From NCBI GenBank assembly GCA_902384455.1, contig CABMCB010000094.1, forward strand, positions 1 through 64,000: a DNA stretch of 64,000 nucleotides, read 5' to 3'. The notes under the pieces were generated by a model, which did no database searches, was not told where the DNA came from, and saw nothing but the letters and a program-made list of their open reading frames with translations. Shown here one piece after another: positions 47,590 through 55,897 of this stretch. The position numbers and the translations under genes are program-made. How positions within the stretch are numbered: position 1 is the first letter of the stretch; every line of letters starts with the position of its first letter. Source of the stretch: an uncultured archaeon (GTDB lineage: Archaea; Altiarchaeota; Altiarchaeia; IMC4; SCGC-AAA252-I15).

Positions 47590-47667
47590 GCTCCGAACAA
47601 TTTTTAATACGCTAAATCCTTATAATTAGACACTCAAACGCCCAAAAAGGCCAAAAACCTTCATCAC

Positions 47668-47750
47668 GCGGGGGTGCCGGAGTGGTCAAACGGGCAGGGC
47701 TTAGGACCCTGTGGCGAAGGCCTACGCGAGTTCGAACCTCGTCCCCCGCA
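47668..47750 (+). tRNA. tRNA-Leu(TAG)
   Basis: GCGGGGG/CCCCCGC acceptor stem, CAGGG-CT-TAG-GA-CCCTG anticodon arm, long variable arm, GTTCGAAC T-loop; CCA not encoded. Confidence 0.97.
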
Positions 47751-47952
47751 AACCTTTTTCTTTAGAAAAGAAAAAGCGCAACGAAGACGTCGGTCTTCGT
47801 GCGCACCGAGACGAATGTCTCGGTTGCGTTGATGGAAAAAGAAACTGTTTGTTTGAATGCTCGAACGGGGTGGGGTCAGGATTAACCTAAAACTGGGGGA
47901 GGGGTGTCCCCTCCCGCGGTTTGGTACTCGTCCCCCGCAAACCTTTTTCTTT
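47738..47952. mobile_element. Miniature structured insert bounded by a 26-bp duplication of the tRNA-Leu 3' end
   Basis: CTCGTCCCCCGCAAACCTTTTTCTTT at 47738-47763 and 47927-47952, with several internal hairpins. Confidence 0.7.
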
Positions 47953-47964
47953 CAGGTAGAGTGT

Positions 47965-49572
47965 TTACGTTAGGGGGTATGTTTCGTTGAACTGCGTTAG
48001 TATGCCGTATATCCGGTAGAAGCGTATTTTGTACTGCGGACCCCACGAGGCCTCAACTATTAGGGTGTTGTTGAATGTGTTCCTGTATTTTTCCTGAAAC
48101 ACGGTGTATTTCGGCAGGCTTGTGTCGGGTTGATAGTAATATAAGCATATTTTATCCAAAATCAGGTTTAGGTTTTCAGGTGTCGCCATCGTTTGGTCTA
48201 TCACACGCATTTTGAGGCCGGACAGGATGTAGGGGCTTATGCCCGGCGCTAGCACGTAGCATTCGCGGTTTATTGTGCCGTTTACCGTTAGGTTATGGAT
48301 TATCTCCGAGAACTGGTCGTTAGGGTGCTTGTTTACGGGAGGACTAAGCGTCAAATAATCGGTTGAGACAGCTAACGGATTTTGAAGGTTTAGGCCTCCT
48401 GTTAATGCGGATGCTGTAATTAGGAGTATGCATCCTGCGGCTGCTCTTTTTTGTTTTTCGTATTGCGTGGGTAGTATTTTGTTGAGGGCGTATCCTGCTG
48501 TGATGGCGAGTGAGGGGTATAGGACGATTAGGCGGCGTATGCTGTATCGTGTGTTGTAGTCTATCCACCATGCAGGGTAAAGCAGGAAAGGTAGTGTGAG
48601 CATTAGCAGTAGGATGAGTAGTTCGCGTTTTTTCCCTTTCTGCGCAAGTGTTATGAATCCTGCCGCCGAAAGCAGAAGCAGCAGCGGGCTGTGGTTGTTT
48701 GTGCCGGTTAAGTATCCTATGAAGCCCGTGAAGTTGGTGATGTACCGTTCTACGGTGAAGCCTATGTTGGAGTTTACGTCGCTGTGCAAAAGGGCTTGAA
48801 ACGCAAGCGGCACGATGAGTAGTGGGGGAATAATTCCCGGCAGAACATTCTTTAATTCGCTGCGTTTTGGAGCGAGAATTGCTATTAGAGGTATGAATGC
48901 CAGGCCGTTTTCCACCCTGAGGAATACGGCGTACGTCATGTATGAGACAGACGCGAACAGAAGGGCGTAGGAGGGTTTTCTTTTCCACGCTAAGGCCAAT
49001 GCGAACGAGGAGGTGATGAAGAACAATGCGGGAACCTCCGAGTTCGTGGATGAACCGTACGTTAGGTACAACGGCAAAACAGCGATGAAAACTCCGGAAA
49101 ACACTGCTCCAACTAAGCTGCCAAGCAGCAGATAAGCCAAAAACGCCACTGCGAGAGGAGTTAGTATTGCGGTTAACTTGGGGATTATGAAGACTGCGTT
49201 AGGGAATTCTCCCCAAAGCATATAGGAGGGGGATAAAAGCATCGCCTGCCCGGGAGGGTGATAAGGGAGATTGAACGCCGGACATACGTGCACGTCGCCC
49301 ATTTGACAGGTGCCGTATATGTGGCGGACAATCATCGTTTCAGCCGCCGCCATATCCTCCCACTCATCGTAACTCACTTGATGCCTAAGAGGAACAGAAA
49401 GATTAGTCCAACAAGAAACAACAAGAAGAAACAACACCGCATAAACGACTTTTTTCTGCCTTATTCGGCCGCCGAAAACTTCCAGCAAATCTGAAAAAGC
49501 GAACGGAGTGGCTGCGAGGACCATCAGCAGGCTTAAAGCTGCCGTTTGGAAGAGTATGACTTCTAGCATCAC
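47965..49572 (-). CDS. GT-C/ArnT-like membrane glycosyltransferase
   Basis: YDEW loop, HPPG, SEVP, multi-TM. Confidence 0.75.
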   Translation of the reverse strand: MMLEVILFQTAALSLLMVLAATPFAFSDLLEVFGGRIRQKKVVYAVLFLLVVSCWTNLSVPLRHQVSYDEWEDMAAAETMIVRHIYGTCQMGDVHVCPAFNLPYHPPGQAMLLSPSYMLWGEFPNAVFIIPKLTAILTPLAVAFLAYLLLGSLVGAVFSGVFIAVLPLYLTYGSSTNSEVPALFFITSSFALALAWKRKPSYALLFASVSYMTYAVFLRVENGLAFIPLIAILAPKRSELKNVLPGIIPPLLIVPLAFQALLHSDVNSNIGFTVERYITNFTGFIGYLTGTNNHSPLLLLLSAAGFITLAQKGKKRELLILLLMLTLPFLLYPAWWIDYNTRYSIRRLIVLYPSLAITAGYALNKILPTQYEKQKRAAAGCILLITASALTGGLNLQNPLAVSTDYLTLSPPVNKHPNDQFSEIIHNLTVNGTINRECYVLAPGISPYILSGLKMRVIDQTMATPENLNLILDKICLYYYQPDTSLPKYTVFQEKYRNTFNNTLIVEASWGPQYKIRFYRIYGILTQFNETYPLT

Positions 49573-49632
49573 GGGAAAGGGATTAAGCGTACGCTAACTA
49601 GAAATAGGAGAGATAATAGAAAAATGGGGGAA

Positions 49633-49658
49633 GAAGGCCCCTGAAAAGCGGGGCCTTC
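49633..49658. terminator. Stem-loop downstream of the DsbA gene
   Basis: GAAGGCCCC-8 nt-GGGGCCTTC with flanking T/A tracts. Confidence 0.55.
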
Positions 49659-49680
49659 CTTCTTTTTATTGCGTTTGCCT

Positions 49681-51504
49681 TTATGTTGCCTTCGCAAGTT
49701 GTTCGTCTATGACTTGCTTGAAGTTTGCGTAGGGTTGGGCTCCGCTTAGTGCCGTGTCTCCGACGAAGAATGACGGTGTGCCGGATACTCCTACTGCTTC
49801 GGCGTCGGCTGTGTCTTTCTGTACTGTGCTTGCGTATTTTGCTGTGTCTAGGCAGTCGTTGAATTTGGCTGCGTCAAGTCCCAGGTCTGTTGCGTACTTC
49901 TTTAGTGACGCTATGTCTAGTGCGTTCTGGTTGGCGAATAGTTTGTCGTGGTATTCCCAGAACTTGCCTTGCTCGTTGGCGCATTCCGATGCTTCGGCTG
50001 CTTTTTCAGCGTTTGCGTGTAGGCTTGTTAAGGGCAGGTTTTTGAACGCTATTTTTACTTTGCCTGTGTCTACGTAGTCTTTCTTGATTGACGGGTATGT
50101 GTCTGTGAAGAACTTGCCGCAGTAGGGGCACTGGAAGTCGCTGAATTCTATTATGGTCACTTTTGCGGTTGGGCTGCCAAGTACTGGGCTGTTTCCGGCT
50201 GTTGGCGGGTGAAGGTATCTCCCTGCGCCTCCTGCTGCGCCGGCTTTAATCAGGTAGGATCCTGCGATTTGGTCTAACGCGGATGCTACTTGGGCGTAGT
50301 TGGCTGCTTTGGTTACGTTGGGGCCGAATATGTATGTGGGTATGGCGTTTATGTTGTATTTTTGTATTAGGGCTTGGCCTTCTGCGCTGTTCCATTCTAC
50401 TTGTCGGACGTTTATTGTTGGGAATATTTGTTGTCTGGTGACTGATATTACTTGGCTTGGGTCGCATGTTGTGCAGTTGCTGTCTGTGACTATTATGAAG
50501 TCGATTGGGGGGTCGTTGGTGGTGGTTGTTGTTCCGTTGTCTTGTACGCCGAGTTTTTTGTTTATTACAGTCTGGAATGCGGTGTAGGGTTGTGCTCCGA
50601 CGACTAGTTCGCCGTTGACGAGGAAGCTTGGTGTTCCTGAGACGCCTGCTTGTGTGCCTGCGGCTACGTCTGCTTGTACGGCGGATGCGTATTTGCCTGT
50701 GTCGAGGCAGCTGTTGAATTTAGCGGTGTCGAGGCCGACGTCTGCTGCGTATTTTTTGAGTGAGGTGGTGTCGAGTGCGTTTTGGTTGGTGAATAGTTTG
50801 TCGTGGTATTCCCAGAATTTGCCTTGTTCTTTGGCGCATTCAGCGGCTTCTGCCGCTTTTTGTGCGTATTGGTGGAAGCTTAGTGGGAAGTTGTGGAATT
50901 CTAGTTTTACTTTTCCTGTGTCTATGTAGTTGGTTTTGATTGATGGGAATGTTTGTGTTTCGAAGGCGCCGCAGTATGGGCATTGGAAGTCGGTGAATAT
51001 TACGATGGTCACGGGTGCGTTTGCGTTGCCTAGCACTGGTGCGCTTCCTGCGGTTGATGTTCCTGTTGAGGGTGTTGGGGTCGTTGCTGGGACTGCAGGT
51101 ATGGTTGTTGTGGGTATTATTGTGTTTGCGGGAGATGTTCCTTGGCGCATGTAAACGATGGCTCCTGCGACAAGTACGAGGACTAGGAATATTGCGACTG
51201 CTTTCCATGGGTCGGATTCCTCCTCTTTTTTCTTGGCTTTGGGGGCTTCATCGTCTTCTGACGGTTCTGCCGCGTGTTTTTTCGCCTTGGCGGCGCTTTT
51301 GTGAGCTGGGCGTTGGACTGCTTTTTCCTCAACTGGAGTTGATTCTTTGGCAGCCGTTTCCTCTGGCTCGGCGGTGTATTTTCTTTTTCGACCCCGCTTG
51401 CCTTTGGCTGGAGCCGCAGATGCGGTGTTTTCCATTTGCGTTTCTGTTTCCGTCTCAACGGAATCTGGTAGTATTTCCATTTTAGTTGGTACCTTTTCAG
51501 CCAT
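49681..51504 (-). CDS. Membrane-anchored protein with two DsbA domains and a central thioredoxin-like domain
   Basis: Two DFQCPYC...SGTPSF repeats, central CTTC, one TM after a charged N-terminus. Confidence 0.92.
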   Translation of the reverse strand: MAEKVPTKMEILPDSVETETETQMENTASAAPAKGKRGRKRKYTAEPEETAAKESTPVEEKAVQRPAHKSAAKAKKHAAEPSEDDEAPKAKKKEEESDPWKAVAIFLVLVLVAGAIVYMRQGTSPANTIIPTTTIPAVPATTPTPSTGTSTAGSAPVLGNANAPVTIVIFTDFQCPYCGAFETQTFPSIKTNYIDTGKVKLEFHNFPLSFHQYAQKAAEAAECAKEQGKFWEYHDKLFTNQNALDTTSLKKYAADVGLDTAKFNSCLDTGKYASAVQADVAAGTQAGVSGTPSFLVNGELVVGAQPYTAFQTVINKKLGVQDNGTTTTTNDPPIDFIIVTDSNCTTCDPSQVISVTRQQIFPTINVRQVEWNSAEGQALIQKYNINAIPTYIFGPNVTKAANYAQVASALDQIAGSYLIKAGAAGGAGRYLHPPTAGNSPVLGSPTAKVTIIEFSDFQCPYCGKFFTDTYPSIKKDYVDTGKVKIAFKNLPLTSLHANAEKAAEASECANEQGKFWEYHDKLFANQNALDIASLKKYATDLGLDAAKFNDCLDTAKYASTVQKDTADAEAVGVSGTPSFFVGDTALSGAQPYANFKQVIDEQLAKAT

Positions 51505-52043
51505 TCTTTCGTTAGCTTGATTTTTGATGGTTAAATTGAGATGAATTGAGCACTGGTAATTAAAAATAGATGCTTTACCGTCTCACAACATAAAACTAAT
51601 TTTTTATGGCACACACATTCGATTTTTGTATTATCACGCTGTTTTGCTGGGGGATTGGAATCCCCCTGAATTTGAAAAATATAAAAAAATAGGGAACTAA
51701 TTTTTTGCCTTATCCTCCTCGCGTTTATCTGCGTGGGGGGCGGTGCTTGGCGAAACATTCGCGGCAGTACACCGGTCGTCCAGCTGTTGGCTGGAATGGG
51801 ACCTGAGTCTGAATGCCGCAGTCGCTACATACGACGTCGAACATCTTTCTCGGTCCTCGGTCATCTCGGAAACCCATTGCTCTCACCTCTTTCTTTTTTA
51901 CTGGCGCGAGAACGGACGACTTATACTATTCTCTAGAAAGAGAAACGCTCCGTCAAACCTATTCCTTTTGCCAACACACTCCCATATGGAGTGCGCATAG
52001 TAGTTTACTGATGGGGAGCTTAAATAGGCGTTTTTCCCCGGCT

Positions 52044-52976
52044 TTAGAGAAAATCGTTAAGCGTCGGGTTGCTTCTGCGCTTCCTGCAGATAACGTTGAA
52101 CCCGCAGTAACGTTGTTTTGCCTGCGGGCACCTTAGGCATCGACCGTCTATTTTTCCGTTGGAAAGAAGCGCCTCGCATGTTTTGTCGAATCTTTGCGAG
52201 ACGGAGTCTGCGTCTACGTCAGCGTACACTGTGAGGACGTTTTCGACAGAATTGCCAAAGCGGATTGTTGCTGTGGATTCGCCGCCGTAATTGTCGGTTA
52301 ACCCTATTTCAGATTCCTGCATTTCCTTTACGGGTTGGGGGGAGTTGTTTTCCGGGTTTTCCCCCCTTAACCGTATCTCTACGGCGGTCGTGATGTATGA
52401 TGGGTCTACGACGTCTATTTGCGTGTAGGATGCGGCGGCCGCAAGTATGTCTGATATGAGCTTTTTTTGTATGTGGAGTTGGTATATGTCGTCGGTGAAG
52501 ACGTGGGGTAGGCCTTCTTCTCCGTATAGTCTGGTTCTTGTTTTGCGTTCTGTGATTTGGATTTTTCCGTTGTTTATTGTGATTAGGTCTGGTATGCCCC
52601 ATATGGGGCGGGTGGGGCTGAAGTAGGGTAGTTCGGTGAGTGTTGGCGTTTCTTTTGTTAGTGCTGCGTTTATGAGGTTTAGGGAGTTGATTAGTGCTGC
52701 TTCTTCTGGGGGTGCTTCTTCTTTTGGCGTGGTGTCTAGTGTTTGGTGTATGCGTGTTCCTTCTTGGCTTTCTGGTGTTTCTATGCGGGCTGGTCGGTGT
52801 CCTTCTAGGATGTATCTTGCGTAGTTTGGGCAGTACATTGAGTTTTTGAGGCGGCTTACGCTTAGGTAGTTGTGGGGGTTTAGGTTTAGGTAGGCTTTTT
52901 TGAGTTCTTTTTCTATTTCGGTGAGGGTTTGGTTGTAGGGCGGGTTTTTTGTCTGTGCCTGCATGTATTGCCTCAT
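52044..52976 (-). CDS. Solo Cas4-like PD-(D/E)xK nuclease
   Basis: SVSRL...YCP, EGTRIH, GIPDL..ITERKT, YQL, CLRC...YC. Confidence 0.75.
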   Translation of the reverse strand: MRQYMQAQTKNPPYNQTLTEIEKELKKAYLNLNPHNYLSVSRLKNSMYCPNYARYILEGHRPARIETPESQEGTRIHQTLDTTPKEEAPPEEAALINSLNLINAALTKETPTLTELPYFSPTRPIWGIPDLITINNGKIQITERKTRTRLYGEEGLPHVFTDDIYQLHIQKKLISDILAAAASYTQIDVVDPSYITTAVEIRLRGENPENNSPQPVKEMQESEIGLTDNYGGESTATIRFGNSVENVLTVYADVDADSVSQRFDKTCEALLSNGKIDGRCLRCPQAKQRYCGFNVICRKRRSNPTLNDFL

Positions 52977-53083
52977 GGTTGCCCTCCTTGTGCGTATTTT
53001 TTTAGTATTATGAATGCGAGTGCGGCTAGGAATGCGAATCCGACTAGTATTCGGACTAGGCGTTGTTGTTCTTCGTCGCTCAT
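52973..53083 (-). CDS. Small single-TM protein (36 aa), not in ORF track
   Basis: MSDEEQQRLVRILVGFAFLAALAFIILKKYAQGGQP*; ATGA overlap with the Cas4-like gene. Confidence 0.55.
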   Translation of the reverse strand: MSDEEQQRLVRILVGFAFLAALAFIILKKYAQGGQP

Positions 53084-53132
53084 CGTTAATGAATTTTGCG
53101 GCTGGGCTAAAATGCGGTCGGTTGCTTGCAGG

Positions 53133-53498
53133 CTACAGTTTTTCAGGGTCTTGTCCTGCTGCGAGTATGCTGCATGCGTTGATTAGGCGTAGTTTTAGGG
53201 TTTTTCCTTTCGCGGATAGTTCGGGGCTTTCTACGCCGGGGTTCACGTACACTAGGCCTACTTTTTTTTCCGCTATCTGGTCGAGCGCTAATACGGCGGC
53301 GGATGGCGGCAGGTATAGTGTGGCAACGTCTACGTTTACGGGGATTTCGGATATGCTTTTGTAGCAGCGTATGCCTTCTATTTCGTTTTCTTTGGGGTTT
53401 ACGGGGTATACAGAATGGCCGGCCGCAATCCAGGCGCGTACTGCTTTGTTTCCGTATTTTTTCCTGTCTGCGCTTGCGCCTATGACCGCGACGTTCAT
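53133..53498 (-). CDS. CoA-binding protein (YccU-like)
   Basis: VAVIGAS.D..KYGN, VYPVNP, NPG.ES. Confidence 0.9.
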   Translation of the reverse strand: MNVAVIGASADRKKYGNKAVRAWIAAGHSVYPVNPKENEIEGIRCYKSISEIPVNVDVATLYLPPSAAVLALDQIAEKKVGLVYVNPGVESPELSAKGKTLKLRLINACSILAAGQDPEKL

Positions 53499-53737
53499 TC
53501 GGCTAGTTCTTCTTCTATTGCTTGCCGGTCGAATCCTACTATTATTTTCCCGTTTATGTCCAGTACGGGGACGCCCATTTGACCGCTTTTCTCGAACATT
53601 TCGGTCGCCCCTTTTTCGTCGGACGAGACGTCCACTTCCTTGTAGGCGACTTTCTTCTGTTTCAGAAGATCACGTGCTTTATGACACCACGGGCACGAAG
53701 GCGTCGCATAAATAGTTATTTGAATGTTTTTTGCCAT
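53495..53737 (-). CDS. Glutaredoxin-like protein (NrdH/YruB)
   Basis: TPSCPWC, SGQMGVPV, IVGFD. Confidence 0.92.
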   Translation of the reverse strand: MAKNIQITIYATPSCPWCHKARDLLKQKKVAYKEVDVSSDEKGATEMFEKSGQMGVPVLDINGKIIVGFDRQAIEEELAE

Positions 53738-53786
53738 TTCACCACCCTTGCTTAGGGATTGGAACGAGGGGATTTAAATGGCGGGA

Positions 53787-54305
53787 CTATTTTTTCTTCT
53801 TTATCGTTTCCGTAAGCGCCAAAAGGCCTTTGAGTATTTCCGTCGGAGTCGGGGGGTTGCCGGGTATTTTAGCGTCCACGGGGAGTATTTTGTCGGCTCC
53901 GCCGAGGACGGCGTATGAGTCTTTGAATATGCCTCCGTCGCATGCGTCGTCTCCGACTGCGATTACGAATTTGGGGTTTGGCATCGCATCGTAAGTTTTT
54001 TTGGCGGCAATAGCCATGTTATGGGTGATGGGGCCTGTGACAACCAGGACGTCGGCGTGCCGCGGGGAGGCGACGAATGTTATGCCGAACCGTTCGACGT
54101 CGTAGTAGGGTGTTGTAAGGTTTACGAGCTCTATTTCAGGGGAGTTGTCGCTTCCTGTGTCCAGTTCGCGGAGGGCTAGGCTTCTCCCGAAGATGGCGTC
54201 TACTTCCTTTCGCAGCTTGATTCCGACGGCATCAAATTCTTCGTCTGTGAACGTGAAGTTTTTTGTCGACTTTGGTGTAACTATGTTTTTGAGTGGGTTC
54301 GCCAT
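53787..54305 (-). CDS. Ehr/HyfI (NuoB-like) small subunit lacking canonical Fe-S cysteines
   Basis: YDVERFGI.FVASPRHAD fold motif, but GSDNSPE, GDDA and PGNPP replace the Cys motifs. Confidence 0.88.
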   Translation of the reverse strand: MANPLKNIVTPKSTKNFTFTDEEFDAVGIKLRKEVDAIFGRSLALRELDTGSDNSPEIELVNLTTPYYDVERFGITFVASPRHADVLVVTGPITHNMAIAAKKTYDAMPNPKFVIAVGDDACDGGIFKDSYAVLGGADKILPVDAKIPGNPPTPTEILKGLLALTETIKKKK

Positions 54306-54315
54306 TGTTTTTTCC

Positions 54316-55893
54316 TCACAGGTCCGTTCCCGCGTACGACAGGTTCAGGCTTTTATTGATTAAGGGGAAATCGGGCACGATGTTGCCCAAAACCGCATGC
54401 TCTATGGCCTGCCAGTTGCAAAACGACGCCGTCCGCACTTTGTAGCGGTCGATGCGACCGTCTTTTATTCGCACCCAATGCAGGTTTTGGCCTCTTGGCG
54501 CTTCTATTAGGGATAGTGCGCTGCCGTCTGCGGGCTTGAGCGTAGTGTGGATGGCTTTGTTTTCGGGTATCCTGCAGATTAGTTTTTGTATTATGGCGGA
54601 GGAGTCATGTATTTCCGCCGCTTTGACTTCGAACCTAGACAGGACGTCGCCTTCTTCCCTCGTCCGCTTTTGCAGGTGCAGCTTGGGGTAGAGGCCGTAG
54701 GGGTGGTCTATTCGGGTGTCTACTTGTGCGCCTGATGCGCGGGCGGCTGGTCCGGTTATGTTAAGGGGTTCGATAAGCTCTTTTTTGATTACGCCCGTGC
54801 GCTCCAGGCGGTCTATGACTGATGTGGATGAGCGGATTGCGTTTACCGCTTCAGTGAATTTGCCGGAGAATTCCTCGAGGTAGTCTGAGAATTCGGTGAG
54901 CGATTCGTCGGGGATGTTTTTTGTGAGGCCGCCTGTTGTGATTATGTCGCGTAGGAAGCGGGAGCCGGTTAGTTTTTGGTTTTGTTGTAGTGTTTGTTCG
55001 CGTAGGATGAAGAAGGGGCTTGCGCCTGCTGGGTATGCGACGTCTATTATCATTCCGGCCATGTCGCCAAGGTGGGAGTAGATGCGTTCTGTTTCCAGCA
55101 GTATTGTTCGTATGTGCCATGCTCTTTCGGGTGCGTTTGTGTCGGTTATTTTTTCTATGGCGTTGCAGTAGGCGGTTGTGTTTGCGGCGGTTTCGTCGCC
55201 GCTTATGGCTTGGGCTATTTTGACGGATTCTTGTGGTGTTTTTCCTTCGGCTAGTTTTTCTATGCCTCGGTGTTTGTAGAACATCCGGATTTCGAGGTTG
55301 AATATTGTTTCGCCTATTACGCTGAATCTGAAGTGGCCTGGTTCTATTATGCCTGCGTGTACTGGGCCGACGGGTATTTGGTATACTCCTTCTCCGTGTA
55401 CTTGTTTGAAGGGGTATTCGTCGGCTGCGTTGTTTTTTGTGTTTGTTGTTATTGGTCCGTTTTTGATTGTTTTTAGTAGGGGGTGGAAGTCGTTGGGGTA
55501 TGTTTCGTGTAGGAATAGGCGGCGGATGTCGAATGCGTTTTTGAATTTGATGCCGAATCCGTCTGTGATTTCTCGTTCGTACCAGCAGGCGGCGGGGAAT
55601 GTTTCGGCTATTGATTGGGCTGTTGTGTTTTTTAGTGGTATTTGGATTGTGAGGGTGTGTGGTTGGTGGCGTCGTTCGAAGACGTAGTGTAATGTGAATC
55701 CTTTTTTTGTGTCGGTTTCTTGTGTGCAGAATAGGGCTATTAGGATGAAGCCTTTTTGAGCGATGGCTGGAAGCGTCTCTTCCATCTCTTCTTCGCTGAG
55801 GGTTATGGCGATTTCTTGGCTGCGTCCGTCGGTGGCCAATTCGGCTTTTTTGTTGCCGAATATGCCGTTCAGTTCTGCTCGTAGTTCGTCCAT
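54316..55893 (-). CDS. Ehr/HyfG (NuoC-D-like) large subunit without Ni-binding motifs
   Basis: VGPVHAGIIEPGHFRF, ISGDE, EAPRG, INKSLNLSYAG.DL. Confidence 0.9.
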   Translation of the reverse strand: MDELRAELNGIFGNKKAELATDGRSQEIAITLSEEEMEETLPAIAQKGFILIALFCTQETDTKKGFTLHYVFERRHQPHTLTIQIPLKNTTAQSIAETFPAACWYEREITDGFGIKFKNAFDIRRLFLHETYPNDFHPLLKTIKNGPITTNTKNNAADEYPFKQVHGEGVYQIPVGPVHAGIIEPGHFRFSVIGETIFNLEIRMFYKHRGIEKLAEGKTPQESVKIAQAISGDETAANTTAYCNAIEKITDTNAPERAWHIRTILLETERIYSHLGDMAGMIIDVAYPAGASPFFILREQTLQQNQKLTGSRFLRDIITTGGLTKNIPDESLTEFSDYLEEFSGKFTEAVNAIRSSTSVIDRLERTGVIKKELIEPLNITGPAARASGAQVDTRIDHPYGLYPKLHLQKRTREEGDVLSRFEVKAAEIHDSSAIIQKLICRIPENKAIHTTLKPADGSALSLIEAPRGQNLHWVRIKDGRIDRYKVRTASFCNWQAIEHAVLGNIVPDFPLINKSLNLSYAGTDL

Positions 55894-55897
55894 TTGT

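Noticed and set aside
47045-47629. Short ORFs at the island's right end as an integrase remnant
   Set aside because: No tyrosine or serine recombinase motifs; overlapping ORFs on both strands look spurious
51745-51840. 5S rRNA gene or HDV-like ribozyme
   Set aside because: Only short word matches; spacing and helices do not fit either model
54316-55893. Functional group 4 NiFe hydrogenase
   Set aside because: Both Ni-binding CxxC motifs are absent, so this is Ehr-type
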